Origin: Trichoplax adhaerens
Lineage: Eukaryota > Animalia > Placozoa
Reading direction: 5' to 3'
Assembly: GCF_000150275.1 (NCBI RefSeq)
Contig: NW_002060955.1
Location: forward strand, 1,160,287-1,224,286
Length of the DNA: 64,000 nt
The translations under genes and the position numbers were made by a program. The notes under the pieces are model-generated. The model saw nothing but the letters and a program-made list of their open reading frames with translations, ran no database searches and was not told the origin of the DNA. Positions 1-11,524 of this stretch are shown here, piece by piece (position 1 is the stretch's first letter; every line of letters starts with the position of its first letter).

Positions 1-45
1 TAGGAGTCCTTCATAAGTTGATATTTTTTCATTTAATTTTTATAG

Positions 46-2136
46 GAAACTGATAATAAAATTATACGAAATCGTCTCCAAGTCTGTACCTCTAAAAACT
101 GGATTGTTTGGTTAATAATTATTTTAATATACAAATCAGTTATGTTGCTATATGGAGTAAGTTTGGCTTGGAGAACTCGTAAAGTCTCTATCAATTCTTT
201 GAATGATTCTCGTTCATTGGCCTTGACAATTTATAATATATTCGTATTAAGTTTTACTGGAGTTATTATTGGAATGGTGTCTAATGATGTTAACAATGTT
301 GGATTTGCTTTAAAATCGACGTTCATCATCTTGTGTACTACATCATCAATCTGTCTAGTATTTATTCCTAAGGTATAGTAGGATTTATTCTTCTTACTAA
401 AGACTAACTGTAAATATAAGCCCAGGATTATAAACTTAATTCCAAATTGATGGATAATTGTAGGAAAACGTATCTGATACAGGTGTTTAAGTATAAGATT
501 GATTCAGTATAGAAAGTTTGCTTTGATTATACTGCAATAGCTTGTAAGCTTGAATTGAGTAGAGTAGTATTATTTACCAGTGTCAAGAATTTGGATATTA
601 AATATTAGTGATTCATTTATTTTGATCGTATCAGCTATTACAGGTTAAAGTTAATCCGCCACATGCAGTCGCATTAACTAAATCAGAAAATAAGCTTTCT
701 TCTGCTAATCTGACTGGATCAACTTGTGGTGATCAGCAATTAGAAATTAGAAAGTTGCGATTAATTGTCAAAGAAGTAAGAAGTTTAACTAATTTGATAG
801 CTTATACCATAATTTTCTCTTATTTTGTATGATAAGCAACATCATGTTGACCAATATAGCATAATATTCGATCAGCTACGGTAGAAGAGGCGTAGCACAT
901 TTGCAGAGCTCATTTAACCCATAAAGTAATGCACAGCGATTGAAAAATGGTTTAATTAACTGGATCGATCGCTAGAGAAAGCGGTATTATTTTGATAGAA
1001 ATTGAAGGTACAGAAGTTTTACCTCATCTATGCAATAAGTGCTGCCATCAGTCCCCTCAAGTCATATTTCTTTCTGTTTAAATCTAGTGCAGTAAAACTA
1101 TTTTTATACAAGCAGCTAACATTATTCTATAGAACAAAGTTACCCTCCAGTCGTATTTATCTTAGATCTTACTTTTACTAGCCTAGATAGTGCAATCGAT
1201 AGCTATGACCAAATGTAATCAATCCGCTGTATTATAATTTAAAAAACATTTTTGAACATAGTTTAGCGCGCAGCTACCCTACTTTAAGTTATAATACGAG
1301 TCTAGGGCTCTTATAAAGCACTTGGAAATTAATTTTACGTCACAAATACTTCTTCATTGAAGTAATGCTCCCTTTATAAAATCAGTTAGTGAATAGCAGT
1401 AGCTTTATGTAATGCTCCTTCTAATCATATTAGTAGAAATACAATAATCAAGAATGATCAGGCTGTAAATCCGTCCATATGTTCAATTTATTTAGTTAGA
1501 AAAATTGGCAGTTACCAACGACTAATAAGATCATATCTAAACAAAATTCTGAAGTATTCTAAGCTCTCTATCTCTTTCGTTATACTATCATAGCATAGTT
1601 AGCCTTTAATGTTGTATGTTTTATGCAGTTATATTCAAGTACAATTTTCTGCTTAAGACAGCTACACTATATAAAGGATAAAATTTAAATGTTGACCATT
1701 AATACTCATTCTAATAGCAATAAATATCAAAACGTGAACGTAGCAATACTTCATAAGAACATATTACCTACGATCAGGTTTTGATAAATATTAGTCCCCA
1801 GAATCAGTTAGAAATCACAATAACGTTTAGAAATTGCTTGATTTATGTTTGAGGGTAAATGATGATATTCAAAGTTTAGCAATGGGAAGTTGTTTGTTCT
1901 CTTCTTACCTACCTTCTGTTGTATGTCTTTCATCGCACTCCGTTATAACCCAATCTGCAAATACCGTAATTTATAGTTTTTCTTACTAAAATGACTATAG
2001 CTATGTATTACATCAGCAATTAACGTTAATGTTTAATATTTTGATGTATCCTTTTTTATAGCAAGAAGAAAAGCTTATTAAATTTCAGACCTCTGATCAG
2101 CAAGACAGCCAACGTCAGAGTACTTTTATCGAATAA
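46..2136 (+). CDS. GABA-B receptor-like class C GPCR, gene A (3' part only: ECL2-TM5-TM7 exon and two C-terminal exons)
   Basis: Exons 46-372 (ETDNKIIRNRLQVCTS...AWRTRKVSINSLNDSRSLALTIYNI...CLVFIPK), 635-775 (LLQVKVN...LEIRKLRLIVKE) and 2062-2136 (QEEKLIKFQ...STFIE*), all with AG/GT boundaries. Sizes 327 and 141 match gene B. LNDS-x..YN and F-x-PK are GABA-B 7TM motifs. AATAAA at 2181. Confidence 0.9.
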
Positions 2137-2180
2137 GAGTTACTAACGTAATATTCGATGGTCAAGTATCCGTATTTATT

Positions 2181-2186
2181 AATAAA
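2181..2186 (+). terminator. Candidate polyadenylation signal of gene A
   Basis: AATAAA 44 nt after the predicted stop, followed by TG-rich sequence at about 2216-2236. Confidence 0.4.
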
Positions 2187-3179
2187 TCGTGTTATGTAGC
2201 ATCCATTTTAAGAAAAATGTGCGTACGTGTGTGTGTAATAATTGTAAAGAAATTCATTGTATAACTAGCATAACAAAGTAAACTGTTCCCATTTTAAACA
2301 TTTAGCAATTATATTAAAGACTCTTATATAAAATATTTGCTTCAAGAAGTAACTGTTCCAAAAGCAGGCGGAATGAGCTCACTTTTATTCTACCTATTGC
2401 TTGCTACAAATTAAGCATGTAATAGGAAGAGCAAAGAAATACATCGACTAGTTTAAAAAGTTAATAAAAGTATTAAACACATTACAAAATTTTTATTAAT
2501 CTCATAGGTGACTTAGAAACTTTGTTTGCACGTTAAATAAAAATTAAAGAATTGATATTATTATACAATTTGACAACCAGTATTCTCTTTTATAGCAGCC
2601 ATTATTAATAATATCAGTGGCCTTATCATAGATTTAAATGTTAAATTTAGACTAAAATTGCACAATTAAGACAAATTTACGGATATAAATGAAGATTAGA
2701 TGACTAATTCAGGTACTGAAATTACAATATGATCATTTATGAAGCTATATTGGTATAGCATACAATCTGCTATTGCTAAGAATTACTACCTCAATGGTTT
2801 AATTGCTCGCATTTTGTCCATTAAACTTCCGCCATCGCACTGGGATACCAAATATTATACAAAAATACTTACCTCTATTTTTATGACATATATTACACTT
2901 GCCTTGATCATAATATCCTTAATAGCTAATGTATCTCAATTGCAATATCAGAATACAAAATAATTCTTTTAAATTTATTAATTATAATTTATCCTTTGCA
3001 GTTTTTTTATAGCAGTGAGCTTTTTTAGCAATGATCAATACTTTAATTGCTTATGGGCCGTCTCAGACATGGCTTGCAAAGGTCGTTGGAATACTTTTTT
3101 CTGTTTGTAGTGAAGCCCCAAATAAGCTTAAGATTAAGATTATGGAATAATAAGAACCTAGATAAATTTTACGCTAGGT

Positions 3180-3687
3180 TGTAAGACTGCATACGGGTCT
3201 AAATGTGAAAGATCTTTACAGTACGCGTAGTAGTAATTATATTCAGATGCTTATATTAAGAATCTGAGATAATAATAGATAGTGTTAATTATGTTAGTAT
3301 TGTGAGATTTGCATTGGGACGCTTTAATTAGAAGCGCGAATTATGAATTGATAGCGCAATAGTAAATTTAGATATGATCTTGTAAATAAATTAGTAAGAC
3401 ATGATTGTGCTTGAAAGAAAATCATTGTGTAACTAATTGTATATAAATTGTGAATATTGCTGTGATAATTCATATAGTCCAGTGATAGTCTGATTGCAGT
3501 TAGCTAGTCGTTGATAGTTCTGATACGAACCTAATCTTATGTAATAAAGAGAAGTTTACAAGAAACTGTAGTTCATTTGTATTTTTGAAAAGACACTTTA
3601 TCCCCTGTTTAAGAAGCATACGGTATTAAATTAGATCGGAATTAATACTGCGATCTCTTCCTTATTCTAAATACTGTAATTATGATA
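3180..3687 (+). mobile_element. Degenerate solo-LTR-like element (old copy; boundaries approximate)
   Basis: Patchy similarity to element R2 (gtacgc..taatt..atgcttat..agataa; aataaag..caagaaac). AATAAA at about 3543. The 3' end ..actgtaattatgata resembles ..gctggtttgtgaca of related elements. Flanks TAGGT/TAGTA match only partly. Confidence 0.35.
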
Positions 3688-5510
3688 TAGTACTGTACAT
3701 TATGCATAGTCGTAGAGAATATCGAATGAAAATGTGCTATTATTATACGTGGGAAGAAACTTGTATTATAGAACATCTATAAGCAAATTTAATAACAGGT
3801 GCATCAAAGATTTTGAATTCAACCTAATAATTCACAATCGCATCTTTTCATCACAATTGCAAGCTACTTTAACTGTCAAACAATGTTTGGGAAGATCATG
3901 ATGTATCGTGCGAAAATTTTCTGTTATACAAAAATTGCAGTTCTTCCTATTTTATAGTATGTTATTATATTAGTATACGAGCACTGCAAGCAAAGAATAT
4001 CAACTCATATTCGTATATCATGAATTTGGAAATCTTATATTTACATACAGCACCTCGGTAAACTTGATTTTTGGCTTTAGAGTCAAATTATTACGATATT
4101 GTTGCTAACTATAAACTGATATACAAAATCTAGCCCAAAATCTAAAGTTAGCCGCTGATAAAGCCAATTTTTAAATATAAATTATTTAATTCATCATTCT
4201 ATTACAAGTAATAAGCCAATCACCAATTAAACGTGTATTTTTAATGGTACACATGCTGAAACGTTATTCTCTTATTAAAGTGGGAAGTTGAGCATTTATT
4301 TCCATATTTGAAGCTTTTCTTCCTGCTATAATAATGCAGATATATATAAAGATAAACATTATTATCATCCTAACAAAGGCTACAACGATATTAATTCGTC
4401 TACAAAATTACGTAAGTTTTGCGGATTTAACGATAAAGAGATACTATTAATAATGTTTTATCAAAAAACTGTGATGACAATAGGAAGCATATACTTTAAA
4501 ATTTTCATATTCATATACAAAAAATTGATTCAAGGCACTGTGCAATTATACTCCTTTTATTAATTAACGTTATGTTCGATGTTGGTTATACATCCATATT
4601 TCTTAAATAACAGTTGGATAAACCGTTTGATATTATCCCTACTAAATTTTTGTAATAGTCTAATAGTAAGATTCATCGTGATTGACTTTTCCTAATTTTA
4701 TGGAAGTCACGGCAATCTAAAGCGATATTACCTCCAACTTTTATTATTTACACTTACATACCATACTGGAATTAATGGATACAGATTTAGAGATATTTAG
4801 AGAAATTGATTGCAGCTATAGCATTTGATTTTATATGCTTTACTATCTAATAAACAAGAATAATTTTGGTTGTAATTCTAACAGTAACTGTTACTCTATC
4901 AGTATTAATAAAGCAAACCTTTATATGATGAACTACATCGGTCTGAAGACAGGTATTGAGCAATAATACAGAGCATATTGATAAGGCTTCGAAGATTTCT
5001 TACTTTGGTGATAATTAATCGCAACTTCTTAATATAATTAGGCAGCATACCAGCAGCAACGCAAGTACAACTTAAAGCAAATATATTATAAATAGTGAAA
5101 GCTGATGGACGAGAATCATTTAGTGTATCAATAGAAATTATCGATTTCTCCAAGCTAGACTAACACCGTATAGGAGCATAGCCAGTTTAAATATTGAAAG
5201 GGTAATTACCTAATCGAAGGAATTTTCGGAAGTACAAATTTGGTTACGATAATTTATATAATTTCCTAACTGTTATGCCACAAGTAGTAAAAATATTGCT
5301 TTTAAATGAAGCGATATTTCATTGAATAGCCGGTAAATTAAGAAGTGTTATGTTTCTGAAAAGGCTTATTATTACTGTTTCAGTATCAACTACTACAAAC
5401 TCCCGTCGCTATGCTGACGGTTTACGATAATGTTCTCATTTAACAGATAGTATTACCATTTGATAGACCTGTCAGAGAGAGGTTCAGTAACTTTATACCG
5501 TGTACTTTAC

Positions 5511-6019
5511 TTTAGTATAATGTACGATAGATATTTATCCTAAGAGATATTTGGTAGCTATAACTATAGACTGTAGTGGTAGAGACGAATGCTAGAGTAC
5601 AGATGACTATGTACAGTAAGGTGTTGAGTTACTAATAAGGCTATAGGTATAAAAAGAACTGTAAATCATATATTAGGATATGGTTAATTCATTGTACTTT
5701 GGCTGGTGTGAATGATGTCTACGCAAATACTGTAGTCGTATCCATATTGGATTAATAATGGTCCACAGTAGAATAGTCTTGCCAAGAATAATTTAACTAT
5801 GTGTAAAATAAGGTTAAAGGTTGCCATGTGGATTGTAGCTGCGAATGCTACGAAAAGTATAAAAGCATGCAACTTTAGATTATTCTGTTAGTTCGTTGTA
5901 GAAGTCTTTAGTAGTATTATTCGGCTAGAGTAGAGCTGTGTGTAGTTAATCTTTGCATAAGATTCAATAAAGCCTTTGTTTTTCTAAAATTTGGAATCTC
6001 GTGATTGGTATATATCACA
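5511..6019 (+). mobile_element. Solo-LTR-like element family R1, 5'-truncated copy inside the pseudogene
   Basis: Closely similar to 48543-49104 and 60787-61342 from tttagtataatgtacg to ..tatatatcaca. The first ~40 bp and the left TSD are absent. Confidence 0.8.
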
Positions 6020-7249
6020 CAAAGATAATAGTATCGATCAAAATGAGCTGCGCCAATCGATTAATAAGAATTATATCTTTGATGATCTAAAAACGAAAAC
6101 AGTAGTATTAGATTCAATTACTGACATAATTTATAGTTAAGAATAACTATTGAACATACCATCCCATTTTTTTCTAAGTATTTAGAAAAAGCTTGATGAT
6201 CTTCTACAAATAAGTTGATTTTGATGATCATCGTACATAATATTTGATCTTTAGCTTAAGGCATAATATCACTACAAAAATTAAAATTTCTATTCTATTT
6301 TTCACGTGTTGTATTTTATTTGCATGGCATCTATATTTAATTGCTAAGATATAGTTACGATGGTTATAAGGCATTATAACAATAGTTTGTGGTGACTGCT
6401 CCTACTTACATTCTATTAATCATGAGAATTTTAACTTGCTAGTTTGGACTAATATTCGTGAAGATTAGTAAGAGTATATAATTTAAGTGGGAATTAAATG
6501 TTGGTAAATTCGTGATGATCACCTACCAAATTCAAGTTTGCTACATTTGTAAATATCTTAAATATTTTCCACATTTTTAACATTACTGAGCCGAACGATA
6601 TAGTGAACCCCAAACTAAGTAGCCATATTTCTGCTATACAGCTAAATCTTCTATTCTTGGCTCTTATTCTTGCTGTATCGACACCATTTACTATTACGGA
6701 AATGTAGCACAGTATGCATCCCCAAACGGTAAAATGAAGATATTAAGAAATATGTCTTATTAAATCGAGAATTCTCTTTATAATATATAATACCTGTTAT
6801 GCCTTTTTACAGCAATTAAAACCATTACGGCTAAGGAAAATATAATACCTAAGTAGCAAACGGTACTCAATGAGATAAATAATACTGTTGCAATGGATTT
6901 AATAACGATGATAAAAATTGATCGATCTTGCGGTGGTTTACTGCCAATAGTAAAAATCAAGCAGAAAACATGATTAACAATTTAGCTTGCCTGATATTGA
7001 TAAGTGTATAATAATATTTTAAAGACACGGAAGTTAAGAATCAAGCATGGATAGTAAACCTTTTTTAATTGAGATCTTGTCACAGCTATCTAAGTGGCAT
7101 GAACTATCTAGAAATACCCTACTGGATAGACTCAAAAGAATAGTTGCTAAAATACAACTTAATTTAGTTTACAACTTTATTTTAGTAGTTCTCACTAACA
7201 ATCTATAATAAAAAGAAGAAGCAATAGCAACCAAAAATAATTAGCTTTT

Positions 7250-7928
7250 TGTTACGATGCGTAAGCTCGTCCTAATTATAATTATTGAGTAATATTAAAT
7301 ATTGCTTGTGTGGATTGACGTTTTATTAATTGTCATTTCTTCATATAACTTATTTAATCTTTGATTAATATGATAATGCACTGTTAGTGTTGTTGACAAT
7401 TGATTTAATTAATTAATTATATCATTAAGGTGTTAAATTGTCACCTCGTGTTTACTAGTTAATCTCTTTATTAATTTATTAATTAATTATCAGTTCTTAA
7501 CAATAGAGGTTGTTAATTAATTATCTTATATGAAGTCTTTAGTGGCAATATTCATAATAATTCCTATAACTTTAAAAGGATACTTTTATATTATATGCAC
7601 CAGGAGTTTCTGACGAGACTATAAAAGGCTGATGCCTGAAGATTCCTTTTTAGTTCGTTAGTCGGTTAGATAGTCAACTAGTTTTCAATTGATATTTAAT
7701 TGCGAAGACTATAATCTTGGGTGCCAAGATTCCTTCAGTAATAAATGATAGTAAATCTCTGACTATCTCGTCTACATCATCTGTGACGCTATAATTATAC
7801 CATAGTATTCGGTTGTTGGAACTGAATTAGTTGGTGATATAACTAATCTCGCCTCTTTAAGTTAGTAAGTGGCGTTCTCCGCAAGGATTGGCGTGTGTAG
7901 ACTACTTTGTCACTAGTGGTGTGTGACA
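7250..7928 (+). mobile_element. Solo-LTR-like element R5 (679 bp)
   Basis: Starts TGTTACG and ends TGTGACA. Perfect 5-bp TSD CTTTT (7245-7249 and 7929-7933). TATAAAA at about 7620 and AATAAA at about 7740. The 3' end ctttgtcactagtggtgtgtgaca resembles the R2 end. Confidence 0.8.
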
Positions 7929-10900
7929 CTTTTATACTCAGACTTAAAATAAGATAGCATAAAGCAAGTGAACAACAGGTATCTTGGTCAAAGGAAGTCA
8001 ACGCAGCTAAAGCATTACAAATACGGCAGATTATAACTTTGTCAAACCGTAGTATTAACTTAAATACTATAAGAAATTATGAAAAGTTAAAATACAGCTC
8101 TTAGTAAGAGCTGAGCAAGAATTCCAGCCTGAACACGTATGTTATCTACTGCCATTTAATATTACTGACAGAGGTCCTATTACACCCACTTAATGATTCA
8201 ATCGACATACATATATTAAATTTACGGACGTAATGGTAACCCGTCATTGCTCAACAGACCGTTAATACCGATCAATATAATGCATGAATGATATCGACTG
8301 TACGAGAGATTTACGAAAAAAGGTTGATTAGATTGGATCTTGATACTCGTTGGTATAATATCGCTATTAATTTAGTTGTTGTTCAGTTACTCGTTGGTAA
8401 CTTCTATAGCATAACTAATAAATTGAATATAGCTAGATCTAGAGTCTGTTTTTATCATTTATTACTACGTCCCAACAAGTAGCTTCACGGTTTAAGGATT
8501 TCTAAAACTAATATTTTTGAACACAGATTATAATTTGGACTGTAATCGTTATGCAGTCGCAATATTGGTAATGGGTTAACTTTAAATTCTCGTAATATCG
8601 TACTGCTCATTTGATAATAACCGACTGTATTGGATTTTATGAACTAATGGATGGAACGAAAATTTACTAATGTCCAATTATTTGGTCTAATTTTACCATC
8701 CCCCCCCCATTTCACGACAATGAAAAGTAGTGCGATTTCACACATGAATTAATCTCAGCTAGTATTGCTATTATTCAGAAAAAACAATCCTTACTGCTAA
8801 ATTTAGTAATTGGGTAACAGTAAACTCTCTTTCATCTTTTTTTGCTATAATTTTTTACTAGTGATTGCTTATACACCTCTGTAAAGCTTTACTAGTAATA
8901 CTTCTACAACAGTGTGATGAATTGTAAAACGTTGAGACCAAGCTACAAAACTTTTTGCAAACTTTGATTCTACTTTCGTGGCACTCTGGTCGACTTAACG
9001 AAGCTTTGATACCAAATAAAAATTGGTCAAACAATCGAATAACAATTTATTAAAAAAATGTGACAGAGATAGATCAAACAACCATTTAAATACTTAATTC
9101 TGAGTATTATAAGTACAGAAATAAAAAAGATGACAGAACTAAAACTGTCAGCAATCAACCAATCTAACAAAAAGAAGAACGTTTTCACTTAAAATAATTC
9201 ACCCACGAAGTCCTTTAAAATTCAATAAGTTCTTCAAAACAATCTTCTTTTACTCTCTACTCTAAATTTTCTGATTCGCTGATAGCACTATCATTTATAG
9301 GCTTCGCCAAAATTTTTTTATGACAACCATGACTACTTTTCTGACATTAGTATTGACAGTTGATGTTTTAGAATGATGTTATGCGGTAACTGTACGATTA
9401 CAGCCTACACTACAGTACTTTACTGTCAAGTTATAAATTCCCTTTCTCCGTGGATAGGGCTTTGTTACCGAGTCGAATTCATATATAATCCCAATAGACT
9501 ATCAAACACCCTTTCTTTACATTAGTCAATTGCTTCTATCTCATTCCTATAGTAATCTATATAAAAGCTTGTAAAATAGTGAAGAAGAAAAGATGACGAT
9601 ATCAAGATTTGGCAAGGTGGAGCTTAAAGATACTGTCACTTTCTAGGTATTTTCTATCGTAAAGTAATAATATATCATACTGAAGCTATAAAGGGTTCGG
9701 CTTGTTGTCCTTTACTACAATAGCTTCTGACTACTTCTAACAAAAATTTTGAATTTTTGAAATAATATCTCTAATCCGTAATAAATTATAAAGCTATGAT
9801 AGGGTAGGAATTGTAATGTGTTAAGAAAGTGCTTAAATGTAAGAGAGACCCTATTTACGTAATTCTATAGCATTGTTACTTTTGAGAAAGGACAAAAGAT
9901 TCTACATTGATTTTTTTCCCTTGATTTGGAATGATTATAAAACGTAATGGCACTTATGCTCATCGTTATGAAGCATTTACTTATACGGCAACAGTATAAT
10001 AAAGATTCAAAAGTGCCTTATCGAAAATCCCTTTCTAGTAACCTACAGAGTCGCGATACAAATGGAAAGACAGAGCTGAGCTACTGGCAACTTCGGCGCT
10101 CTACACGAAGGATTGCCGTACAAATAGCGTTAAGAGCACTTTGTTGAAATAGTATATTTCTCATGTTAAAATTTCACTTTATTGAGGGTGTTCGTAATAG
10201 ATTATTTTTAAAACTCGGTTACATATCCTGTTTTCCGATTTGGCAAGTGGAGTAAAGTAATTTCTTATCGCAGTAAAACCACTATTGAACCTGGCATTTA
10301 GTCCTTAAATTTACGTTATATGGAAGTGCAGACAAATATTCTCATCAATTTTCACCATTTAATTATAAAATTTCATCTATTGTAAGTTTCTGGGGTGTTA
10401 GAATATATGTAGATGAATCATCTATAAATAAAGCGTCATGGGATTTCGAATTCTTTTTTTGTGCTAAAGCAGTCACGTAGATTACTGATAGCAATGCAAT
10501 CTATAACTAGAAAACAATTATCTTCTTGCCTTATACCAGATTCAGTCATAGTTGATGTATTTTACTTACTGACGCATAAACTATTAGAATAGTGAGAAAT
10601 TTCTATTCGAAATGTATGATTATTAGTTATTGTTTTGAAAATCATTTTAACTCTGTTTATAGCAACGTTAGCTGTAATCGTAGCTAGATCAAAATAATAA
10701 AATTAGTATCTATCGTATAGGGTTGACGTTTTAATTCATAGATTTACGATACTATGCCAGCGGATTTTAAAGGTCTTTTTAAAAATTATAAAGAGAATTC
10801 ACACGAGTAGTAATTCGTAAGTTAGATTCGATGTTTTATTGCAATTAAAATTTTTGAAGCATTCAAAAATTGTAGAATTTAAGCTTAATTACCGGTTCTC

Positions 10901-11524
10901 TCTCTTCACTTCAAAGCAATTCAATTTTCAGAGATGTGACTGATTTACATTAAAAATTTAAATATTGCAAATAATATTTTGATTATAATTATTCAAAGCA
11001 ATGAGGTATTACTTATTACTTCTTAAAAGATAGCTTACGATGTTGAATAAAAGGTCAATTTTTAATAGATAAAATCTTTAGAAAATTTATAATGTTGTTT
11101 AAAGGCCGTATTAGAAGGCCTTTTATGTTACGAATAATTTAAGATTTATCTATCTAAGTAGGGAAATGAATATGTATAATAGCAAAATCTAAAATTGGGT
11201 GATAATTAAATAATTTTGGAACAAAGAATACTTAAAATTTTAAAAACAGAGCTCACAACAATAGTACCGATACTAATTATTAATTATTTTATTTAATTAG
11301 AATACCTCTAAATTGTATATTGGAAACATAATAGTAACAGCCTGTCCAGATGTTCAGATTGCTTTGAAGAAAACTTATAATACGGATAAATATTTACTTA
11401 AACTGTTTTGAGTTAAATAAGGCAAGCATCCATAAAAAGAAGTATAATCTTGCTTATTTCTTAATGTTATTTCATAATTTTGGTTATCCACTTATGACGA
11501 AAAATTATTTGTGTATTTAGTATT

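Larger units (their letters stand above)
4296..8205 (-). pseudogene. Inverted, deleted pseudogene of the GABA-B-like receptor family
   Basis: Minus-strand fragments: exon-2 remnant at about 8110-8205 (IES..VGVIGPLS..WN.LAQ, frameshifted); exon 10 at 6794-6944 (SKPPQDR..KRHNR, acceptor AG mutated to TG); 5'-truncated exon 11 at 6527 to about 6727 (GCILCYISV..CIAEIWLLSLGFTISFGSVMLKMWKIFKIF); exon 13 from 5269 with TAG replacing Trp at 5210-5212 and a 1-nt frameshift near 5140, fused to the end of exon 14 (IKKLRLIITK|gtaag, ending 5004); last exon 4296-4325 (QEEKLQIWK*). Exons 3-9 and 12 and TM7 are missing. Confidence 0.88.

Noticed and set aside
2739-2963. Short stand-alone ORFs (this one and 8288, 9947, 14396, 24536, 28614, 29664, 32892, 42274, 42570, 52516, 60546)
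   Set aside because: They have the I/L/F/K/Y-rich composition expected by chance in AT-rich DNA, no recognisable motifs or splice support, and several fall in introns or repeats.
5684-5872. Repeated hydrophobic ~62-aa ORF (also 48769-48957 and 51108-51293) as a small membrane-protein family
   Set aside because: All copies lie inside R1 elements, antisense to the element's TATA/AATAAA, and start at TTG rather than ATG. Similarity is explained by the repeat. The frame stays open in several copies, so a dN/dS test over many copies could revisit this.
8500-8610. Possible exon-1 remnant of the pseudogene on the minus strand (IL..RLQ-like)
   Set aside because: Similarity is too short and degenerate to separate from chance.
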